The notes under the pieces are model-generated. The model saw only the letters and a program-made list of their open reading frames with translations. It was not told where the DNA came from and did not search any database. The position numbers and the translations under genes are program-made. A DNA stretch of 64,000 bases from Adineta vaga (Eukaryota > Animalia > Rotifera). The DNA is taken from NCBI GenBank assembly GCA_021613535.1, contig CP075492.1:2046001-2110000 (forward strand). The letters run 5' to 3'. Shown here in pieces: positions 1 through 13,344 of this stretch (the stretch's first letter is position 1; each line of letters opens with the position of its first letter).

Positions 1-207
1 ATACTGCACCTAGCCTCATAGTTGAAGCGAAAGGCGAAGGAACTATCAGAGACGTGATGGAGTATCTCTACAAAAAGCAGCGTCTGAACGTTGACTTTAA
101 TTGGTTTTGGGAAAACTGCAAGGACATGGCCAAATGGATTTTTGACGAATTCAACTCAGAAGGAAGAACACTCAAACTCACATTCACGAAATACGGTAAA
201 TCTGACA

Positions 208-604
208 ATTAACGACACTAAAATGAAACTTAATTTTGTTTTTATTTGCGTTCATCTATTTTACGACCGATTTCAAACAACTTTATATTTCGTGAATCTT
301 TGGATGACGCTCTTCCGATTCGTTTTCTCATATGTTTTCGTGGAGATATCATTGGTCTAGGATCATGATGTCTTGCTGTCGTTATTACGTGCTACTTCCA
401 TAATAACGACATCCAGCTAATTTTTCCCCCTATCTACGATAGCAAGACATCATGATCGTAGACCGGTGATATCTCCGCACGAAAATATATCAATCGAGAG
501 AGTGTCATCCAAATATTCACCAAATATAAAGTTGTGTGAAATCAGTCGTAAAATACATGAATGCGAATAAAAACAAAATAATGTTTCATTTTAGTGTCGT
601 TATT
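208..604. mobile_element. Foldback/MITE-like element with ~175-bp imperfect inverted arms
   Basis: ~208-382 (aacgacactaaaatgaaac...gatcatgatgtcttgctgtcg) is the reverse complement of ~435-604 (cgatagcaagacatcatgatc...gtttcattttagtgtcgtt). Confidence 0.7.
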
Positions 605-985
605 AGGGAGAAGTACTGTACTAACTAGATTTCGCTACATATTCATTTCCCGTTGAGTACAACATATACTCTCTTTCATTCTTCCATTTCTTCCGCATCT
701 CGATGTTGCTGTATGCCCGCTTCATAAAACTCAATTGATTCCCTATTCATCTCACCGATGAAAATATTTTTTTGCAATAAAATTCATTCTATCTTCGCTA
801 GTAGCAAAAATTCCTTTCCAGCTATGGTTATGAGACAGTTGAATACTATCCAAGCACCCTCGTTCGTCAAACTCAATTAATGAATACTTTTATTTATATA
901 TTGTTTGAAAAAGCTTACATATACAAATTATTATAAGAGAATGTCGATGTCAGGATGAATATCAAATGAAAGCATAAGTATCTTT

Positions 986-1043
986 AAGAGGGTGGGTGTG
1001 GGTGACACTACACTCTTGACCAACACCCACTCACACCTTCAAT
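986..1043. repeat. Telomere-repeat palindromic junction element J1
   Basis: aagagggtgggtgtgggtg-loop-caacacccactcacaccttcaa. Confidence 0.8.
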
Positions 1044-2124
1044 TCATTATAAATTTTGATAATTTGAACTGATACTATGATATATCACAATAAGCACACC
1101 TCTTATTCATTCAATGAAAATGTTATATGGAAAAATCCATTGCATAATATTTGTCGCAATCGATATTTTTCTTTTTCTTTTCATGAAAACGAACGTTGTC
1201 ATACGCTATTGGCGTCAGATATATTCATCAAGATTAATTCGTGTTTACTCACTAAAGAAAAACTAAATATGCAACTGAAAAAGCAGGTAGTATTGTTGGC
1301 AGTCAATATATGTGATAATTATTTGACACGCCTTCCTGTTTTAATATGATGTAACTTATAGAAAAAGAAATATTTTCTGTATGATTATAAACTGATGTAA
1401 GTTGGAAGAAAATCTCTTCATGTGTTTTTACCCACTTATTTGTTATTCATATATTTCCTATTCAAACAAAAATACACAACCAAGATAAAATGCTTTGAAT
1501 GCAAGTAAATAAATTATTATCGTTGATTAGAATAACTATAAAAGAACAGGGATTGTTTATCAGATAGACACAAGACACATTAACGATATTCTACCGCTTA
1601 ACTCGGTTTCGTTTCTTCTATATTATGAATCCAATAGGATTAATATGATCGAGCCTCACCAACTATGTTATTCAAATACTTAGCACGGATCTTTTATCTG
1701 GTTTTATTAATAGCAATTTCGAATATCGACTGAAACTTGTTTTCATAGACGGATTACAAAGATTCGTTTTCGTATAAAATACATTTCTGAGAATATATTT
1801 AGCAATCAATAGCGAGAAATATTGGGGATAAAGAGTAGCACAGGAATTATTATTCAGTTGCGAATGTTTTCGCTATCAATTTGATTTTCAAGGAAGACTA
1901 AGTATGGATAAGCGTTTGATTTTGACTTATGTATAAATGCTTAAGCTGAGATATGTGTTCTTATACTCTCGAATTATTACGGAAATAGTGGAGAGCTTCA
2001 TGATTTGAAATCAATGGAAATAGTGAATTGCATATTTTTCGAAATTTTTATTATCTGTCATCACAGCTATATCATCAGAGATGTAGAGATTTCATACGAA
2101 TGATATTTCGTTTCAGAAGAAATT

Positions 2125-3059
2125 ATGTACACCCTAACAAGTTTTATTATCATCTTGATCCTGTTAACAAATGCTGTTCGATGTCCGGGTGGCGGTGGTG
2201 GCAGCAGCAGCAGAGGAACAGGTAGGACAGGTACAAATACTTTCATCCTAAGTAGGATGAAAATCTATCTTCTACCTCAGTTAATCACTTTTGACATCGA
2301 TCTTTTGACTCTGACCTTTAAGCACCATTTCGAATGAAGGGTAGATGAAAAATGGAAGATTCTATCTTATATTTTTACTTATTGTACACGCTTTAATGTT
2401 GATTTAATTGTGAAACTTGTATCATATTTTATTATTATTTCTGATGCAGGTAAACCATGTCAGACTATACAGCATGTGAAATTGCTCATAAAATAATACT
2501 TGCAATACTTTCGATCATTGTATTTGTGTTTATGTGTCTATGTTTCTGCGGTTTTCATGGCCTTTCTCATTTGAATCAAAAAGAAATGCGTTCCTATAGA
2601 CCAGATACACCACCGCAAAACAATCTCGAGTTTATTAACAAAAATTCTTCGGAAACTATCCACAGCATAAAAGATCCTTTCGAAAATGGTATTTGGTCTT
2701 TACGTTATCATCAATATAATAAATGGCATGGGCCTTATAACTTAGCACTCACATTTAATCATTCATTAGACGAGATAACTGGTCGAGGAACCGATGATGT
2801 TGGTGATTTTACTATTAATGGTGTTTTTTCGTCTATAAATCTTCGATTAGATCTTATTCAAACATATAAAAAAGGCACCGGTGATCCAAATGAAAATCTC
2901 GGCCACACATCAACTATACAAATGACATGGAATTCGACTAAAAATCAATTTGAAGGTACATGGTATGTTCAAACATACAAATATAGTGGAAATGGTATAT
3001 TTGAATTACGTTTCGAAACAGATTCAATACCTTTACTCGATGCAGATTCTCCATGTTAA
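2125..3059 (+). CDS. Single-pass membrane protein of unknown function; signal/Gly-rich first exon (~2125-2230) plus main ORF 2457-3059; possibly frameshifted
   Basis: Signal-like MYTLTSFIIILILL, Cys-rich TM segment, C-terminal beta-rich domain (GRGTDDVGDFTINGVF...FEGTWYV). The obvious splice is 1 nt out of frame with the main ORF. Confidence 0.55.
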
Positions 3060-3217
3060 CAATGAACTAAATAATGTTTTTAGAAATCTTCTCCTATTTT
3101 TAATATCGTTGTACTCATTTAAAAAGAGACATCTCATGTTCGACTCTACAACTCAATTGATTATGCATTATTTTCTTTTTTTGAAACTTCCCTAAATCAG
3201 CAAGAGAATATAGATAA

Positions 3218-3296
3218 ATCTTGAGTAGGTGTGAGTGAGGGTGAAGATACGCAGTGAGAACCAAAATCATCCACACCCACACCTACCCTGTATATG
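3218..3296. repeat. Junction element J2
   Basis: atcttgagtaggtgtgagtgagggtg-loop-catccacacccacacctaccctg. Confidence 0.8.
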
Positions 3297-3545
3297 ATGC
3301 ATTTGTTGTTTGTGACGATTACATGTGATTGATTTTGTCCCACTCGCTTGTTTTATTCTCACCTTAATATGGTCTTTTTTCATTTACCCACCTGTAATAT
3401 ATCTGTCACTAAACGCGCTATTTATTTTTTTGACTCATTCTTCATTAATATCTGTACATACAAATATATGCATATATATATACATGAAGAGATTCAACAT
3501 TTTTTGTACAATAAATTCGATTAAAAAAAGTATTCAATAACTGAT

Positions 3546-4659
3546 ATGCGAATAGTAACGGTAGTTGGAGCAACTGGGAGACAAGGAGGTGCTGTGGTAC
3601 GATCGTTGGTTGAAACAGGTAAATACAAGGTAATTATAATTAATCTTCAACATTCATAGACCATACTAATTGTATTCTGTTCAAAGATTCGTGCTGTAAC
3701 ACGTGATGCAACAAGTGCGAAAGCACAAGCAATAAAACGTCTCAGTGAAAATATTGAGATGGTTACATGTGATATAAATCAAAGTGATGATGTTAAACGT
3801 GCATTTAAAGATTCTTGGGCTATTTACAGTTTGACTGATTATTGGGCACAAGTTGATCGGCCCGAAATGGAAATACATCAAGGCAAATTAATGGCTGATA
3901 TTGCTGCTTCGCTACAAATTTCCTATTATATATTCAGTACAGTCGAAGATGTTAATAAATTAAGTGGAGGAAAATTGTAAGTACATTTTAAAGGGAAATT
4001 CTTCTTCTTGAAAATATTCTTTGATTTATTTTTCAAGAGATTTACCACATTTTACTCAAAAAGCTCAAATACGTGATTATATCAAAGAAAAATATCCTAA
4101 TTTAAAAACAATCTATGTTGAACCAGCATGTTACATGCAAAATTGGCAAGGATTTTCAAAACCACAAAAATTAGATGATGGCACAATTTTATTTGCTTCC
4201 CCACTTGATCAAAAGGCGACATTACATTTAGTCGATATTGATGATACAGGTGCAATTGTTCGTGAAATATTGAACGATCCAGAGAAATATGTTAATCAAG
4301 ATATTTGTATTTGTGCGGAAGAAATTCCTTTCGGAGATATACCAAAGATTTTTACTAAAGTTACTGGTATTCCAGCTACTGGAAAAACATTAACAGAGAA
4401 CGAATATCGAGCAGCGACACAATCCATGCCGAAATCTGCTCAAGATGATCTTTTCAATACGTTTAAATGGTTTGAACAGAGTGGATACTATGGAAAAGAT
4501 AAAGATTGGAAAAATGGACAAAAATTAACTCGTCTCAATACCTTTGAACAATGGTTGGAAAGGAGAATCATAATTTTTCGTATTGTATACTCAAATTTTA
4601 TTCAAATAAAGACATATTCTTCTTCTTCTAAAGCTATTCGAATACTGATATTTCGATGA
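3546..4659 (+). CDS. NmrA/HSCARG-family NAD(P)-binding protein, 3 exons
   Basis: MRIVTVVGATGRQGGAVV Rossmann motif, PHFTQKAQI, YMQNW, LVDIDDTG; GT-AG introns near 3631-3686 and 3977-4037. Confidence 0.85.
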
Positions 4660-4660
4660 A

Positions 4661-4720
4661 CATAATAAGGGTGGATATGGGTGTGAAAGAAGTAGAGATT
4701 TCTGCAACCACCCACACCGA
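4661..4720. repeat. Junction element J3
   Basis: cataataagggtggatatgggtgtg-loop-caaccacccacacc; begins 2 nt after the NmrA stop codon. Confidence 0.7.
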
Positions 4721-6870
4721 ATTACATATCATTTGGTGAACAATTTTGTGATGAACCTAGTACCGAAGTTGGAAATCTTTTATGTCAACTTAGCGATGTA
4801 TTAAAGAAAAAAATTTATTTAACATTACAAAATATAGAAAATTACCCAACAAGTTTAATGATTAATAGTAATAATAATATCGAACGATTTTCTCTTGATA
4901 TTGAAAATGAATGGACATTACGTTGTACTCGTGGATTAAATATTCGTGTTCGAATGAACGATAAGGACAATGAATTACAACAATGTCCTTGACCGACAAG
5001 TTCTTATGGTGATACATGTCAATATCAAAATGAACGTATTAGTATTACTTTTCAGATTCGTATAGGATCAGATTGGCGTACTCTTTTTAGCATCTTAATT
5101 TTATTAATAGATCATCAAGGAAAAATTCATTCACATGATTGAGTAGAATATTTTCCTATTCGAGATTGTCAAACAAAATTTCATGTTAATTTACTTTATT
5201 CTACTCGACCAAGAGATAATAACAAAAATTATTCTGTACGTATTGATGTATCTAATAAACCAACATTAAATTATCGAGCAAGTTGGATTTTCCCAATTTT
5301 ATTTCCATTTCTGCTCGTATGTCCTATCGGTAAATTCGGTTCTCTATGTTATCTCAGACAGATTTCATGTGAACAGAATAATGGTTTATGTATGCTGGAG
5401 AATCTTAGATATAGTTATAGTTGTATTTGTCCTGAAGATTATGATGGAATTCGATGTGAATTTCGTGCAAGACAAATTCATATATCATTTGCAGATAATT
5501 TTGTTATTCCTGACTCATTATCTGTTCATTTCATTGAAACAAATGATAATTCACCACATATTCGAACAACAACAATGACAAGAATTTCACCTCATCAAAC
5601 TGGAATTACAATCTACGAATTAATCACATTCAATGCCATTTTTGCACAATTTGATAAAAAATATTATTTAATTTTTGTTCAAGAATCTCATATTCTTACA
5701 GGAGATATTTCGACAAAAACTATTCCTTCACATCAATGTTTATCTATGTTTATGTGATCGTTCTCGACATGCTAATTGCTTCGAATTTGATTTCAATATG
5801 ACACATGATTGTCAAGAATCAATTCCATGTGAAAACGAAGGTCCATGTTTTCAAGATCATTTAACATGTCCAGCATTGATTATTTGTGTTTGTGACACAT
5901 GTTTTTATGGTACACGATGTCAATTTTTAACAAAAATTTTTCGTCCATCATTAGATGTAATTCTTGGTTATCAAATACGTCCAAACCTTTCGTTAAGTCA
6001 ACAATCAATTCCTGTGAAAGTATCTGTAACTCTTACTATAATTATATTTGTCATTGACATCGTCAATGGACTTTTATTATTTGTAACATTTCATAAAAAA
6101 CAAATACGTAATATCGGTTGTGATCTTTATTTATTTATTTCTTCAATAATTTCTCTAATTGTTATGAATGCTTTTCTATTGAAAACTTGTTTTCTTATTG
6201 CAACACAAATGAATATGATTACAAATCGTTCATTTATTCTTTTTCAATGTCGATCAATAGATTTTATGGTTCGTATTTCTTTAGACACAAGTGATTGGTT
6301 ACATGCTTGTGTTGCTAGTGAACGAATAAGGATCATATCAAAAGGAATTACTTTTAATAAGAGACAAAGTAAAAAAAATAGCTCAATGGATAATTATTTT
6401 CATTCTTCTTATTGTTATATGTACAAATATTCAAGAATTATTACATCGACAACTTATAAACGATGAAGAAGAATAACGAATTTGGTGTATAGTCAAATTT
6501 TCACCATCTAATCAACTATTTAATTCAATTATTAATCTTTTTCATTTTCTCATTCCTTTTTCCATTGATATAATTTCTGCTCTTGTTATTATTGTTATTA
6601 CTGCTCGAAGACGATCAAATATTCAGAAAAAAAACATACTTATAAACATCTTCTCACTTCAACATTTATTCACGTACTTTTAGCATCACCTCGTCTTATC
6701 ATTTTGTTTTTATCTGAATGTATGAAAACAGTTCTAGATCCTTGGCTATTTTTGAGTGGATATTTTATTTCATTCATCTCTTCGATAATGACATTTTCTG
6801 TATTTGTTTTACCGTCACAAATCTAAAAAGAACAATTTTTTCAATTAATAAAATCATTATATTATCGCTG
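4721..6870 (+). pseudogene. 5'-truncated, frameshifted EGF-repeat + 7TM GPCR (LDLa/EGF-GPCR family)
   Basis: EGF motifs (CICPEDYDGIRC, CVCDTCFYGTRC) and TM region SDWLHACVASER, homologous to the gene at 31953-36822. Multiple stops and frameshifts; starts mid-gene right after J3. Confidence 0.85.
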
Positions 6871-6932
6871 ATCATAAACTAATTTTATTAATACAGTACA
6901 AAAACACAGCATTTATGTAGTGTAACACGACT

Positions 6933-6983
6933 TTCGGTGTGGATGTGCCAAATTTTTCCTCCCGATGACATCCATCGAGAATG
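6933..6983. repeat. Degenerate junction element J4
   Basis: ttcggtgtggatgtg-loop-gacatccatcgagaatg, just past the end of the pseudogene. Confidence 0.35.
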
Positions 6984-8058
6984 ACTTCATTCGATAGAGA
7001 ATTAAATTCTGCATCCATCACAACCTTTCCGAAAGCCAACACAACTTCACAGACGAATCCGGATAAGAAATATTCGAACATGTTGCTAACTTTATCTATA
7101 TCCTTCAGACATTGAAATAATGATTGACATATAAGGCAATGTCTATATGAAATTCTAATTATAAAAAGTCATACAATGCTTTTATCAAAAGACGCAAAAG
7201 TCAGAGGTAAACTTTGCCCTAACGATAATAATAAAAATTGGACATAAAATGAAAAGTACGTAAAACTCTTAATGTCAGAAATGCAACATACTTCAAAATT
7301 TTAATAATTAGTTTGAAAAACTAGATGTCATATCGAGTGATTTATCTTAAAAATATCTGTTGATAAAAATTCAAAAAAGTTCTCTCATGTATAATAATGA
7401 AGATTCAACATAGACCAAGATCTGTTCTACTTTATGATTTCTTTTTATTTAGTTGATATATATATATTTGATTAATAACAAATAGAATTAAACAAGAAAG
7501 TTCACATTTGGATTCTTCATAGAAACATTTTTTATTTTTCCTACTATTTTTGATGCTCATAACATTATTTAAAGTATCATCACAAATGTTTCTTTCATCA
7601 TTCTGATAATCGTTTTTCTATGAAAACAATTTTATTTCCATGAGGTACTTTGTCAGACAATCCTTAATAACATGTAAAAGAATAGATATAGCTGTGACCA
7701 CGATATTTTATTAATTGAATAAAAGCAAACATTTACAGACATGAAAAAGAAGATGTGATTACACACGCATAATTATTGAATAATTTTGTTAGAAGTAAAA
7801 CAGATTTTCATAATGATCACCAAACGTGTATGACTGACATCTCATCAGAAGAAATTCTTTTAGATAACTTGAAAATTAAATATTTGAAACATTACCGAAA
7901 GCAACATAAAAATTGTGAACATATTTGTTATTTGAGTTGACTGACAAAAATTTTCTTTGTTAATGATGGGGTAACAACAACAATGATTAATAATATTTAT
8001 ATATATAAATAAACAAGAGTTTTGTTTCATATGTCTATAATCCAAATACGGCATTCGT

Positions 8059-9168
8059 TCACGTCTGTTGTCGATTAGTATCACCGGTATTTCCTTGTCT
8101 TTGTCTGGTTGTAAACTGAGTGTTAATAACACCTATTTGATTCCAGTTGACTATTGCTCGTTCTGCTAATAAAGGCAGATATCGTGTCAAGCCCAGCTTT
8201 CTCAAAGAAAAAATCAATCCATATTGGGCACAACGTTTCATCTCAACACGAAATTTTGCTCCGGATAGAGTAAAAAGATAAAATCCAAGTACAGGATTTG
8301 TATAGTGAAGTATTCGAGAAAGATCAAATGCAAAAGTGAAAATAACTCGTTCAGACGCTGAAAGTGTATATTTAAGGATCGTTAACGCAATCATATTGAA
8401 AATATTCAAAGAAGCATACGGAGCTGAGAATAGGGTAGTAATCAACACTTGAAATAGAAGCATGATAGACAGTTGACGATCATTTGAACTTAAACGTTCA
8501 TTTTGTGCGTTACCAACTCTCGGACCTACACGATTCCGAATACTGCGAACGTTGAAAATCATCAAAATACCAAAGATGCTCATTAATACTATTGGTATAG
8601 CACAAGAAATGAACGAGAAAAATAGGTAGAAGAAAATAGTATATTCATATGTATATATACGACAAGTGTTTACTACGCCATACAACTCAGACTTAAAGAA
8701 AACGAGTATATGAACATAAATTAAAAACATGAATATAATAGTAAATGCAATAATCTTTCGAGCAATTGATAAATTACTCAATCGACGCAGTCGCACATTT
8801 GGTGAGCTGGAGAGAAAACGATCGATAGTGGCAAGTGCAACAAACCATAATACAAGAGAAAAAGAAGGATATACGAAAATATTACGTAACTTACACAATG
8901 CACTGCTCCCTTGTGATGGATCAATACCCCAACCATCTGCGAGATAACGCGTAAATAAGGCCATATGAAGAACAAAAGAGTTGTTGATGGAACCAGCCAG
9001 AAAATACATTGAACATGGATTCGTACGTAAAGAACGACGAGTAAATATAATGATGTTAAATAAATTTCCAAATGTTCCAAAAACAATCTGGAAAGGTGGA
9101 CAAATGCGATTGAGCCAAAACATGACAGTATTTAAATTTGCAGTTAAAATGGCTACTGAATTCGACAT
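8059..9168 (-). CDS. Rhodopsin-like (class A) GPCR
   Basis: 369 aa with 7 hydrophobic segments, GNxxN in TM1, NPCSMYF, IDRF, TM7 NPVLGFYLFTLSGAKFR. Confidence 0.9.
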   Translation of the reverse strand: MSNSVAILTANLNTVMFWLNRICPPFQIVFGTFGNLFNIIIFTRRSLRTNPCSMYFLAGSINNSFVLHMALFTRYLADGWGIDPSQGSSALCKLRNIFVYPSFSLVLWFVALATIDRFLSSSPNVRLRRLSNLSIARKIIAFTIIFMFLIYVHILVFFKSELYGVVNTCRIYTYEYTIFFYLFFSFISCAIPIVLMSIFGILMIFNVRSIRNRVGPRVGNAQNERLSSNDRQLSIMLLFQVLITTLFSAPYASLNIFNMIALTILKYTLSASERVIFTFAFDLSRILHYTNPVLGFYLFTLSGAKFRVEMKRCAQYGLIFSLRKLGLTRYLPLLAERAIVNWNQIGVINTQFTTRQRQGNTGDTNRQQT

Positions 9169-9906
9169 GTTTGAAACGTGAAATAATCTGAGACAAAAAT
9201 ATATAAGATGTAATTAAGATTCAAGTAGCAGCAAACGTAAAGGAGCAAGAAGTAATGTGAATATTAATATAGTATTCAATGGTTCGTATCTATCTTTTTA
9301 TGAAATTGAATCCTGACAAAAGCTATAGTTATTAATATTTATCCCTGAAAACCAAATAGCCCCAGTCATTTCGTGTTCAGTATAACATTATTATACTTAG
9401 AACATACCAAAAGACATGATGTCGTTATTATAAAATCTTACAAAAGGTTCGAGACAATTTTCCTTCTATGTATATATTTTTGACAGATGAAATTGTAGTC
9501 TATAATTCTACAATATTTCAATTGATATCATAAGTATTGCCCTTCATAAAACGTCGAACAGACAGTATAATACAAAAGAAATATCTATTGATATATATTA
9601 AAACTGTAATCGATTCTAATTTTATCAGCTATGGCAATAATTTCACAACTTTTTTGTAATGAGTTTAGATGGTATAAAACGACTTCAATTTCTGTTCTCA
9701 TTAGTGTAAATAAGTTTCTTTCTTTTTCTGTTTTATAATCAGTATCGTGCATAAGAACAGATTCATCTTTGAAGCATGATGAGAATCATTTCTCTTCAGC
9801 TATATCATTTCCATGATTAAGTTCCTGTTTAAAAATTAACTAAAGAACGTCAATTTCAAAAAAATCTTAGTAATTCGTTCATTTCTTTTGTCTGTTACAT
9901 TGAACC

Positions 9907-9992
9907 AAGGGTGTGGGTGTGGGCGTTGAGTGAAATTGAGGGTGTGGGTGTGGGTGTACATGAGGCTATGCTTTTAACCCACATCCTCAATG
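9907..9992. repeat. Junction element J5 with doubled G-arm
   Basis: aagggtgtgggtgtgggcg...attgagggtgtgggtgtgggtgt-loop-acccacatcctcaatg. Confidence 0.85.
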
Positions 9993-10080
9993 ATTCATAT
10001 TATAGGATGTGAATAAAAGGTTTTTTCCAACATAAAATTTGTATATAAGTGTACTTTACATGTTACATTTTCTTTCCATA

Positions 10081-11340
10081 ATGGCAGCTATTTCAATCAA
10101 ACCATATTCATTTACATTTGAAAGTTTTACTTCAAAAGTATATGCAATTCAAAATCAAGCAACTGAACTTGAAAAAATCCTACGTGATTGCAGTCTCGTT
10201 CATTCATATTAATTGATCCATATGACCATTCTATTAGTGAGAAATTTTTCGATCATGAATTGATTAGTAAAGTTATAAAACATTTCGAGAAGAATTATAT
10301 ACCCAAATATTTACAAAAATGGATTCAAATTGGTAAAATGCATGGAAATACATTTTCGTCGTTAACCGAAAGTGAATTAAATTCACCAGTTTCTTCTTAT
10401 GTAAATAACTGTATGGCTTGGAAGATACAGACATTCATCACCAAATGAACTTATAATATCTGTTCAACTAATGGATACAATCGAAACTATTAAATCAAAA
10501 ATTTGCCAACGACGGAGAAAAAAAATATGAAAATAAGATTTTGTACAGTTCAATCAACTGCGTATCCTAATAGAGAAAACTGGTACAATGGTGCAATTCC
10601 TCAGTTAACTGATACGGTTATGGCATGTCGATTATATCAAGATCATTCTATTATCATGACAAATATCATTTCAGAACAGGTAAACTAATATTTTGTTTTA
10701 TTACTTTTCTTGATTTATATTTTAGAATTGGAAATTTCATACTGAACTTGATATATCTGTAAAACACCTTACTGGAACCATAACTTATTTACATGTTCAT
10801 TTATCAGATAATATAGAAAATTTAAAGGCAAGAATACAAGATAAGGAAGGTATTCCTCCAGATCAGCAGCGCCTTATATACACAGGTTGTCAGTTGGAAG
10901 ATGGTGCAACAATGGGCGAATATGATATACCGAATGGAGGTACACTTCACCTAGTACTACGATTACGTGGTGGAATGTATGATTGGACTAGTGGACGATC
11001 AGATTTTGAGAACTTATTATATAATAGTGAAACTGTTATTGAAAATATTTTCGAATTTCATCTAAATGATATGAAACGAATACATCGTCAATCATCAAGA
11101 AATTTACAAGATTTTGTTGAACATGCACATACTGTTGTGGCGTATTTATATCGTGAACTTGAAAATGAGAACAAAATCTATCCATTTACCAACTTAAAGA
11201 ATGATATATTTTCACGAATTAATTATCAAAACGAAAAAAGCAGTGATAGTAGTGACGATCTTGAGGGTGGGTGTGGGCTTTCTGTTTACATCCCTCACAC
11301 CCACCCTACGACGAGTTTCCGCTGCTTCTCATCTCATTGA
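10081..11340 (+). pseudogene. Ubiquitin-domain fusion protein, frameshifted, C-terminus running into J6
   Basis: [19 protein letters not shown]...[11 protein letters not shown] at ~10750-10975; upstream part is split across frames; intron ~10680-10726. Confidence 0.75.
11258..11312. repeat. Junction element J6
   Basis: atcttgagggtgggtgtggg-loop-ccctcacacccaccctacg. Confidence 0.85.
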
Positions 11341-11682
11341 TTTATTTGGCTAGCATATCTATTTAAAACAATCATATCAGATTGTTTTTCGGTTGTGAAT
11401 GATGAGAAAAAGAATATTGTTTTCCTGTAAACTATCTGAATTCTGTGACACCTGAAAATATGATCGAGAAATGTTTCACTTTTTGTAGTAATTTTTCAAA
11501 AGCCAGTGATAGTACATCAAACAATCTGAATTGACATCAATAGAAAAATGAAGACACAACAGTTGTATACTTGATTACATTATACATATATATATATATG
11601 AACAAGTTACCGAACAACACAACATCAAATATTAACTGATTAAGAGATATATTTCGTCAATAAAAACGAACTTATCATCCGT

Positions 11683-12916
11683 CTAAACTATAGACTCTAA
11701 AGTTAGATGATGTTTTGTTATAACTGTTGCTCTGCCACGATCTGCATCACGTGTGCTGGTTGAATCATTATTTAACTGATTATTTTTCTTGATACATCTA
11801 TTGAAAAGATTGTTCAGTTCTTTACGAAAAAGTTTACTTGATAATGTGAAGAGATAAAAGCTTAAACAAGGACCCGTATTTGAACACATACCGACAACTG
11901 CATTAATCAAATTTTCTTTAGCTACTTGAACACTATTTTTTGCTTGAGTAGAGCTTGTTGCCAAGATGATCCATGCAATAGAAAATGTAATACCTGTTAC
12001 ACTATAGACAAGTATTTGAATAAGTAACATTCGAACCATTTGTCTATCTGTTTTGTGTCTGTTTTTATTAACTACGTTGTTTACACTAGTTAAAGGTAAC
12101 ACACGAAGTAGTTTGGATTTCTTTATATTTCGTAACATGAGCATAGCAAAAGCACACATGCTCAACGATGGAGCCAAACCAAAGAAGATTAGATTGAAAT
12201 ATGACAAAAATAGACGATACGTTCCTGGAGGACCTGAAGGATAACATACAGGTTTGTTCGTGGCTGATATAATATCGATTTTGAAAAAGATAGGCACATG
12301 AATATAAGCAATAAAGCAGAGCAGAATAGTAAATGGAATAGATCGAATGGCCACGCGAATACTACTCCATGCTCTTTTATTAGTCGATGTTGAACTACAG
12401 AAATATCGATCAGCACAAGCCAAAACGATTAACCAAAAGGATGATGCTCTGTACAAACAAGATACATTATGCAAATTCTAATTAACCTATTTTATGCGAG
12501 AGTCTGTTAGCAAAAAAGTGCGAACTTTTCTCAGTATATATTTTAATATGTGATCTTACATTCGAACAAGGTGAAATATATTCTACCTACCTGATTGAAT
12601 TTAGGAGAAACCATATCACTTTACATATAATACTAGAATATGCTCCGGGATCTGTCCCTATATAGGCAGATTGAATTAATCTCATGGGTAAAATAAAACA
12701 TGTAACTAAAAGTCCGAAAATCGTTGCAGCTAAAAAGTACATGACACACGGATTCGATCGCAATGAAGGACGAGTAAATATATAAACATTGAATAAATGA
12801 CCAATGAGACCAAGAGGTACGATCAAGTAACAATAACATCTGATAAACATCATTCCTATCCAATTAATGTAATTCGCTTGTAATTGTAAATCGATCATCA
12901 TATCCAAGGAAGACAT
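11683..12916 (-). CDS. Rhodopsin-like GPCR, 2 exons
   Basis: GLIGHLFN, NPCVMYF, ADRYF, FYLFTLSSKLFR; GT-AG intron 12449-12590 joins the two ORFs in frame (NSIR|ASSFW). Confidence 0.9.
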
Positions 12917-13288
12917 TTCTTGTCTTGCAAATGTGTCGGTCTGTTAGAGAAAGTGTTATTCTATGATATGAGGTTGTGGATGGAAAAAAGACTAGTCACT
13001 TTCTCACTGACAGATATTCATCTTTACTCTTATTTTATTTTCACGGATTATATTTGCGACTGAAAAGGGAATTTGTTTTATAATCTGATATCACTGGATT
13101 TATGTCACTGCAAATTACATAGTGACTTGCATTGACTCGTTGTCGCTTGAAGATTTCGTACATATTTTTTTCTTGAAAATTTTTAATCAAATTTATGTTA
13201 TATTGTCACGTCTTGAATTGCGTATCAGAAAAGGAAAAAGTCGTCAAATTCGATATCTAGTTTATTGACTCGAAAAAACAGAAACAAC

Positions 13289-13344
13289 CATCTTGAGGGT
13301 GTGGGTGTCTGCTCTTCAACAACCTCTACACCCACACCTTCGAA
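13289..13344. repeat. Junction element J7
   Basis: catcttgagggtgtgggtgt-ctgctcttcaacaacctct-acacccacaccttcgaa. Confidence 0.9.
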
